Of a stretch of 39,289 nt of DNA, positions 34,154-39,289 are shown piece by piece. The position numbers and the translations under genes are program-made. Origin of the DNA: a virus (taxonomy: Duplodnaviria > Caudoviricetes); IMG/VR virus record IMGVR_UViG_3300031965_001344, positions 1 through 39,289 of that record, one strand, 5' to 3'. Position 1 is the first letter of the stretch. Each line of letters opens with the position of its first letter. Under the pieces are notes generated by a model. The model saw nothing but the letters and a program-made list of their open reading frames with translations. It was not told the DNA's origin and made no database searches.

Positions 34154-34559
34154 GGGTGGCTCCTTTCCGGCCCGGACGCTCGCGGATCAGCGAATGCGGG
34201 CAGCCCGCGCGGCAGGCGCGGTAGAGCTCGACGCGGAAGGGGTTCGTCGAGACGGCGTCGAGCTTCACGGCCTGGTGGCGCAGGCAGGCGTGGCGCGGGA
34301 TTTCCTCGAGCACGGGGCACGTCACCGTCTTGCCCAGGTATCTGCCGCGCACGAGCTGCTCGATCCTGGCGAGGTCGCCGGGATAGCGGTTGCGGATCAC
34401 CTGGCTGATCACCGCGGGGGAATAACCGAGCTCGTCGGCCACCCGGCTCTGGGAGCCGCCGCGGTCGCATTCCGCGGCGAGCGCCGCGATCCAGTCGGGC
34501 GGCGCCCCGTCCCACGCCTGATTGGCGGCGAAGATGTTGACGGTCCCAGCGCCCGTCAT
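34143..34559 (-). CDS. XRE-like HTH protein with Cys-rich C-terminus
   Basis: PDWI..LA..C...SQ..VA.ELGYSPAVISQV...Y.GD, V.CPVL.EI. Confidence 0.82.
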   Translation of the reverse strand: MTGAGTVNIFAANQAWDGAPPDWIAALAAECDRGGSQSRVADELGYSPAVISQVIRNRYPGDLARIEQLVRGRYLGKTVTCPVLEEIPRHACLRHQAVKLDAVSTNPFRVELYRACRAGCPHSLIRERPGRKGATHAE

Positions 34560-35161
34560 GTCGCCGCCTCGGCGCCGCCAGGCGCGCATCGGCGCGACAC
34601 CATCGACCGGCTGTTGGGATCGAACACGCCGCCGCCCTTGATCGTCGGGGCGAGCGGGCCGAGGTCGCGGACGAGGAGGTAGCGGTTGAAGCCCGGGGAC
34701 GTCGGCGCCGCGCCCGGCTCGCGGCGCGCCAGCCTGACGACGACGCCCTTCGCCTCGAGGGCGCGGAGATACTGATACGCGCCACCCTCCGGATCGCGCT
34801 CGTTCCCGGTCGCGGCCACGGTCACCAGGTCCGGGATCGTCGCCTTGGTCATGGACCTGAGCGCCTTCCACACGCGCCCGCGGAAGGTCGATTGCTTCGG
34901 CCGGCGGTAGACGCCGGTGAGCGGGCCGTTCGGCCCGGAGGTGAGGCGCCGCCCCGCCTCGCGGCCGGCGACCCCGGCGGGCGTCAGCCGGAAGCATCCC
35001 GGCCGCACCCGCTCGATGACGTGACGGTCGACGAGGCGCGCGCAGCTCCGCGACACATCCTTCCTGTTGCGCCCGACCGTTCGGGCGAGCGCCGCGATGT
35101 CCATGCAGCGGCCCTCGCCAGGGAGCGCCCGCAGGATCGTGTTGATGAGATCCGCGCTCAT
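34556..35161 (-). CDS. Double winged-helix protein typical downstream of MuB
   Basis: LARTVG, GCFRLT.AG, R.RVWKALR....TIPDL, Y.LVRDLGPLAP. Confidence 0.78.
   Translation of the reverse strand: MSADLINTILRALPGEGRCMDIAALARTVGRNRKDVSRSCARLVDRHVIERVRPGCFRLTPAGVAGREAGRRLTSGPNGPLTGVYRRPKQSTFRGRVWKALRSMTKATIPDLVTVAATGNERDPEGGAYQYLRALEAKGVVVRLARREPGAAPTSPGFNRYLLVRDLGPLAPTIKGGGVFDPNSRSMVSRRCAPGGAEAAT
34572..34598 (+). repeat. 27-bp micro-repeat unit near a gene 3' end
   Basis: GCGCCGCCAGGCGCGCATCGGCGCGAC. Confidence 0.85.
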
Positions 35162-35922
35162 TTAGCCTGTTCCTCCGGCGGGCCGAACGGCAGGAGGTTG
35201 CCCCCGGCCTTGGCCCCGCGGCGCCAGTAGCCGCAGAGCCACTTGCCGCGCAGGTCCTCGACGGTTACCGGGCGGTCCTTCACGCGCCGCGCCACGACGT
35301 CGATCTCCGCCACGGCCTGCATGACGTCGCGGATGTAGCCTCCGGACTGCCGCTGCGCCTCGGCGACGAGCTCGTCGGCCACCTTCCCCTCCACCAGCTG
35401 GTCGCAACACAGGCGCACGTCATCGATGTCGAGGGGCTGGAACTCGGCGACGCCGCCGATGCGGCTCCAGATCTGGCGGTGGCGCTGCAGCTTCTCGCGC
35501 GTGCCCTCGCGGCCGACCAGGATCAGCGGCACCTCGACCAGGTCCACCAGCGACCGGAGGATGTCGAGCGGGCGGGCCTCGTCGGTGAGCGCGTGCTCGA
35601 CCTCGTCGACGACGATCGGGCGGCGGTCGACCCCGAGCGCGCCCACCGCCTGCCCGAACAGCAGCTTGGCGGAGCCCTTGGGCGCGAGGCCGAGCTCGCG
35701 CACCAGGTCCGAGAGCACCCATGTGGCCGAGGCGGTGGCCTTGCAGGTCAGCATGATCGCGTCGTTCTGGACCATCCACCAGCGCGCGGTGCGCGACTTG
35801 CCGAGCCCGGCCTCCCCGGCGACGACGACGATCTGCTTTTCCCGGGCCCCGCGCCGGTCGAGCCGCGCGATGGCGTCGTTCATGCGGCCGACGTTGGCGA
35901 CCTGGACGAATCTGTTATGCAT
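35158..35922 (-). CDS. Transposition AAA+ ATPase (MuB-like)
   Basis: Walker A GEAGLGKS, Walker B IVVDE, LR..VD..P.ILVG, Q..SRI; follows the transposase. Confidence 0.92.
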   Translation of the reverse strand: MHNRFVQVANVGRMNDAIARLDRRGAREKQIVVVAGEAGLGKSRTARWWMVQNDAIMLTCKATASATWVLSDLVRELGLAPKGSAKLLFGQAVGALGVDRRPIVVDEVEHALTDEARPLDILRSLVDLVEVPLILVGREGTREKLQRHRQIWSRIGGVAEFQPLDIDDVRLCCDQLVEGKVADELVAEAQRQSGGYIRDVMQAVAEIDVVARRVKDRPVTVEDLRGKWLCGYWRRGAKAGGNLLPFGPPEEQAK

Positions 35923-38131
35923 TTTTCAGCCTCTCCCACTGATTGACGTTCGCCATGTCCCGCGCGAGCCGGCGCAGGCGGTCGTTTTCCGCCTTGGCGG
36001 CGTCGCGCCGCCGCGCGGCTTTCCGCTCCATCTCGACGCCGGCGGTCCGCGCCGCGGCAAGCTCCTCGGGCGACGGCTCGTAGGGCCGCTCCTTCGGGGC
36101 CAGCGCCCGGGCGGCCTCGTCGAGCGCCGGCGTCTCGTGCGCCTCGCCGGGGCGCGGCAAAGCCACCACCCGGCCCGCCTCGTCGCGGGCGGCCGCGAGC
36201 ACCTCGTCGATGATGGTGTGGGCCTTGATGCGGCGGGCGGTCTTGCGGAGATCCTTCACGCCCTCGCGGACCGTGGCCCGTTGCAGCTCGCGCGCCCGGG
36301 CGGCGATCTGCCGGCGGTCGGCCCCGGTGCGCTCCGGCGCCACCGCCTCGCAGACGAATTCCGAGCTGTCCGCGTCGAACACCCAGATGCGCCCCATGTC
36401 GCAGGGATCGAGGCGCACGTGCACCTTGCGTCCTTCGAGCGCGCCCAGTTCCGGCGCGATGAAGTGGGTCGCCTCCACGGCGATGCCCTTCTTGCCGACG
36501 GTGCGGATGCCGTGGGTGCCCGGCGCCTCGGCCAGCAGGACGTCCAGCGCCCGGGCGTCGCCGATCATGCGCGGCCGCCCGGCCCACGCGGCGGCGGCCT
36601 CGAAGGGACTGCGCCCGCCGAGCCCGCCGTGGCGCTCGCGCTCGTAGACCCCGGACACCCAGGCGTCGCAGGCGGCCTGCAGGTCCGCCGCCTCCATGTC
36701 GGCCGCGCCGGTGAAGAGCTCCGCGCCGCCGAAGCGCTCGGCGAAGGAGCGCCGCGCCTCGATCGACGCGCGGTCGGCGACGGAATGGCCGAGGTAGCCG
36801 GGGAGCTCCTCGAACAGCCCGTGGGTGATGGTGCCGATGAAGCGCTCGACGAAGGGCTTGGCCTCGGGCGTGAAGGGCGGGCAGAGATCGTGCCCGATGC
36901 CGAGGCCGGCGAGCGCCCGGTCCATGTGGGCGGATTTGTAATCCTTGCCCTGGTCGGTCTTGACGATCTCCGGCACACCCCAGGCGAGGCAGCAGCGGCG
37001 CAGCAGCGAGACGATGGCCGCCGAGCGCGAGGACCGGCTGATCAGCACGGCGGCGCGCCGGGAGTAGACGTCGATGCAGGCGATCAGCGCGTGCCGGCCG
37101 CCGGGGAGCATGACCTCGCCCGAGGTGGAGTCCATCTCCCAGAGCTGGTTGAGGCGGGTGACACCCTCGTCGGCGCGGCCGAAGGCCACGCGCTTGCGGT
37201 TCTTCCAGGCGTCGGGATTGGAATGGGCGAGAAAGACGCTCTCGTTGGCGGCCTTCCAGGCGGCCATGAAGCGCTGCACGGTGCGGTAGGAGGGCAGCCG
37301 GGCGTCGCCGTCCCTGAATCGCGCCCTGAGCCCCCGGATCACATGCTTCGCCGAGGCGTGCGGACGGGCGGCGATCATGCCGGTGATGAAGTCGTACAAA
37401 TCGGCGTTGGACTCGATGACGCCCCGGCCCTTGTTGGGGGCGCCCGCCTTCCGGGCCAGCGCCGGGGCGCCCCCTGCGCGGAGCCGGCGGCGCCAGCCCA
37501 GCACGGTCGGGCCGGACACGGTGGGGATGAGGGCCCGGGTCTCCCGGGCGACGTCGCGCGAATGCGCGCCACCCGGCACGACGATGGCCCCCTCCCGGTA
37601 GCGATCTGCGAACGCGTCGGCGCCGGGCACGTCGGGCAGCCGCGCCTCGGCGACGAATGCCTCGAAGGCGGCGAGGATGTCGAGCTTGGCGGCGGCCTCG
37701 GCTGCGAGGCGGTCGTCGCGGGCCACCGCGAGGGCCCGGGCCGCGGCCGCGCCAGCGCCGGGACGGAGGTGGGCGGGGTCGGGCGCTGCGGCCCCCCGGG
37801 AGGAGAGGGCCGAGCCAGCCGGCACCCCACCCCGCCCCCGGTCCGCGAGGACCGGTTTCGCATGAGCAGTTTCCTTACCCCCGTCACGGGCGTCGTCCCC
37901 GCCCTCGTCCTGAGCCTGTCGAAGGACGCGGGACGCCTCGGCGCCGCGCGCCGCCAGCGCGGCCCGGGCCGCGGGCGGCAGGGAGGAGACGTGGTATTCG
38001 CGACCACCACCGCGGCCCTTCCTCGGTCGCGACAGCCAAGCCTCGCGCTGCGCCAAACGCGTGATGGACCGAACGGTCCCCGGAAGGCCCGGCACCCCCG
38101 CGAGCTCGCCCGCCGCGTACCACGCCGTCAT
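35915..38131 (-). CDS. Mu-type DDE transposase (MuA-like)
   Basis: N-terminal Mu DNA-binding domain (WY...ELAG.PGLP..GRGGGREYHVSSLP); DDE residues in WEMDST, KTDQGKDY, KPFVERF; ATGA start at 38131. Confidence 0.95.
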   Translation of the reverse strand: MTAWYAAGELAGVPGLPGTVRSITRLAQREAWLSRPRKGRGGGREYHVSSLPPAARAALAARGAEASRVLRQAQDEGGDDARDGGKETAHAKPVLADRGRGGVPAGSALSSRGAAAPDPAHLRPGAGAAAARALAVARDDRLAAEAAAKLDILAAFEAFVAEARLPDVPGADAFADRYREGAIVVPGGAHSRDVARETRALIPTVSGPTVLGWRRRLRAGGAPALARKAGAPNKGRGVIESNADLYDFITGMIAARPHASAKHVIRGLRARFRDGDARLPSYRTVQRFMAAWKAANESVFLAHSNPDAWKNRKRVAFGRADEGVTRLNQLWEMDSTSGEVMLPGGRHALIACIDVYSRRAAVLISRSSRSAAIVSLLRRCCLAWGVPEIVKTDQGKDYKSAHMDRALAGLGIGHDLCPPFTPEAKPFVERFIGTITHGLFEELPGYLGHSVADRASIEARRSFAERFGGAELFTGAADMEAADLQAACDAWVSGVYERERHGGLGGRSPFEAAAAWAGRPRMIGDARALDVLLAEAPGTHGIRTVGKKGIAVEATHFIAPELGALEGRKVHVRLDPCDMGRIWVFDADSSEFVCEAVAPERTGADRRQIAARARELQRATVREGVKDLRKTARRIKAHTIIDEVLAAARDEAGRVVALPRPGEAHETPALDEAARALAPKERPYEPSPEELAAARTAGVEMERKAARRRDAAKAENDRLRRLARDMANVNQWERLKNA
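37553..37579 (-). repeat. 27-bp micro-repeat unit in frame in the transposase
   Basis: GTGCCGGGTGGCGCGCATTCGCGCGAC (VPGGAHSRD), absent from the paralogue at 1-525. Confidence 0.88.
37906..37928 (+). repeat. Bacterial REP-like palindrome in the transposase linker
   Basis: CGTCCTGAGCCTGTCGAAGGACG, resembling the CTTCGACAGGCTCAG intergenic repeat family. Confidence 0.55.
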
Positions 38132-38571
38132 CGCCCGGCCTCCTTGGCGAGCCGGGCCTCGCGCCGTTCCAGCGCCTCGATCTGCTCGCGGATGCGCCCG
38201 CGCTCGAGCGCCCGGGCTTCCGCCCCCTCGACGACGACGCAGTCGCACTCCTCCGCCAGCACGCCGAGCAGCCAGGGCGCGCGGGCGGCGATCGCCACGG
38301 CGGCGAAACAGTCCGCGGGGATGCGGTGGCTTTCGCGGCTCTCGGCCGTGTAGGCATCGAGCATCGCCTTGGAGAAGGTGGGGCGGTCGAGCAGCTCCGC
38401 GACGCGCCCGGCGATCAGCTCGCGCGAATCGGGGCATTCCTTGAGGGCGCGCGACAGCGCCCGGGCGATGCGGTTGGAAAGTCCCGCCAGCGCCGCCCCG
38501 GCCTCGGCCGGCACGCGCACCGGCGCATGGGTCTCGAACAGGTCTCGTGTGTGGGGATCGCGCCGGGCCAT
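38128..38571 (-). CDS. Phage regulatory protein (CII-like) preceding the transposase
   Basis: DLF, S.AL, SR..IA, SKAMLDAYTAESRE.H.IP motif common upstream of MuA in Mu-like phages. Confidence 0.75.
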   Translation of the reverse strand: MARRDPHTRDLFETHAPVRVPAEAGAALAGLSNRIARALSRALKECPDSRELIAGRVAELLDRPTFSKAMLDAYTAESRESHRIPADCFAAVAIAARAPWLLGVLAEECDCVVVEGAEARALERGRIREQIEALERREARLAKEAGR

Positions 38572-38699
38572 GGATGGGCCCTAAAAAGACGGCCGGGACG
38601 GAGTGCCTGGGGAGGCCCCGTCCCGGCCAGTTAGGGAGGTCGCGGTTCGGTTAACGCTTGCGGGGCACGCGCCCGCCCCGCCGGGCCGGCGGCGGGGTG

Positions 38700-38727
38700 T
38701 TGCGCCCCGACGCCCTTCCCCTAAGAT
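38700..38727 (+). promoter_or_regulatory. Sigma70-like promoter for the plus-strand gene
   Basis: TTGCGC-N16-TAAGAT, then hairpin GATCGGTG/CACCGATC and AGGAGA RBS. Confidence 0.55.
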
Positions 38728-38761
38728 CGGTGGTGTTGAGACACCGATCAGGAGAATACCG

Positions 38762-39028
38762 ATGGATGAGAGAATCGAGCGGCTTGAGGGCCGTGTCGCG
38801 ATGGTCGAGATGGTGGCCGCCCAATCGTTCGCCTTGGCGGCGCTTTCGGCCGCCGACCCCGCCGCGTTCATGGAGGAGACGCGCCGCGCCCTCGTCGCGA
38901 AGATCGAAGGGGCGCGGTTCCCGGGACACCGGCGCGCCGGCGCGGCGGACTTCGTCGAGCGGTTCATGTCCGCGGTCGCCCAGACCCTGCGCGACTGGCG
39001 CCGAACGCCTCCATCTGGCCGCGGCTGA
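38762..39028 (+). CDS. Small helical hypothetical protein transcribed opposite to the early operon
   Basis: Own promoter and AGGAGA RBS; MDERIERLEGR. Confidence 0.7.
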   Translation: MDERIERLEGRVAMVEMVAAQSFALAALSAADPAAFMEETRRALVAKIEGARFPGHRRAGAADFVERFMSAVAQTLRDWRRTPPSGRG

Positions 39029-39152
39029 GCACCCCCTCGCCGGCCCGCAGGAGGGTGGCCGGAGCCACCGCGCCCCGATGTGGATCGAGCCGCCCGGCGA
39101 GCCGGCGCAGCGCCCGCCCGAGGCGGCGGCGAGCGTCCCCCCGACCCATCAT
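38964..39152 (-). CDS. Small hypothetical protein
   Basis: ATGA-coupled to the upstream ORF; L.RALRRLAGRLDP. Confidence 0.4.
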   Translation of the reverse strand: MMGRGDARRRLGRALRRLAGRLDPHRGAVAPATLLRAGEGVLSRGQMEAFGASRAGSGRPRT

Positions 39153-39289
39153 GCCGCCCGGTCGTCGATGACGTGGCGGTCGAGCCATTGCCAGAAGCGG
39201 TGGATCGCCGACTTGCGCGGCGCCCGGACGCCGAATCGGTCCCGCGCCGCCGCCGCGCAGCCCATCACGGTCATCAGGCCGTAGGCGTC
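39149..39289 (-). CDS. Partial gene (3' end), HTH-like C-terminus
   Basis: My translation: ...DAYGLMTVMGCAAAARDRFGVRAPRKSAIHRFWQWLDRHVIDDRAA*; truncated by the window edge. Confidence 0.6.
   Translation of the reverse strand, partial: DAYGLMTVMGCAAAARDRFGVRAPRKSAIHRFWQWLDRHVIDDRAA

Larger units (their letters stand above)
1..39289 (-). mobile_element. Mu-like transposable (pro)phage with siphovirus-type tail; ends not identified
   Basis: MuA/MuB pair, Gam, GemA, Mor, Mu gp25-gp30, gpI, gpT, gp36 and gpG in Mu-like order; genes tightly coupled by ATGA/GTGA overlaps; tail tube but no sheath. Confidence 0.95.

Noticed and set aside
1-39289. Mu-type TG...CA ends, repressor gene, tRNA or rRNA genes
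   Set aside because: None recognised; ends and repressor probably lie outside the window

Overview
Near-complete, very GC-rich Mu-like transposable phage or prophage, probably from an alphaproteobacterium, encoded almost entirely on the minus strand. Reading right to left: early genes (CII-like, MuA DDE transposase, MuB ATPase, HTH proteins, DnaA-C domain protein, Gam, MT-A70 methyltransferase, ParB-like, GemA, Mor/C activator), lysis genes, Mu-type packaging and head genes (gp25-29, gpF with a PBECR2 domain, gpI, gpT), a putative fibre module, and a non-contractile tail with a GTA-like tip. No repressor or genome ends were recognised. Unexplained structure: (1) a dispersed, sometimes tandem family of 24/27-bp frame-preserving micro-repeats (27 units at 14 loci by my manual count) in genes and gene junctions; (2) a sigma70-type promoter for a candidate small structured RNA converging on the MuF-nuclease gene; (3) a stand-alone paralogue of the transposase DNA-binding region; (4) signal-peptide-like leaders on the tail fibre and capsid protein; (5) a late activator fused in frame to the endolysin across one of two identical 26-bp promoter elements. 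All family assignments are by recognition, not database search.
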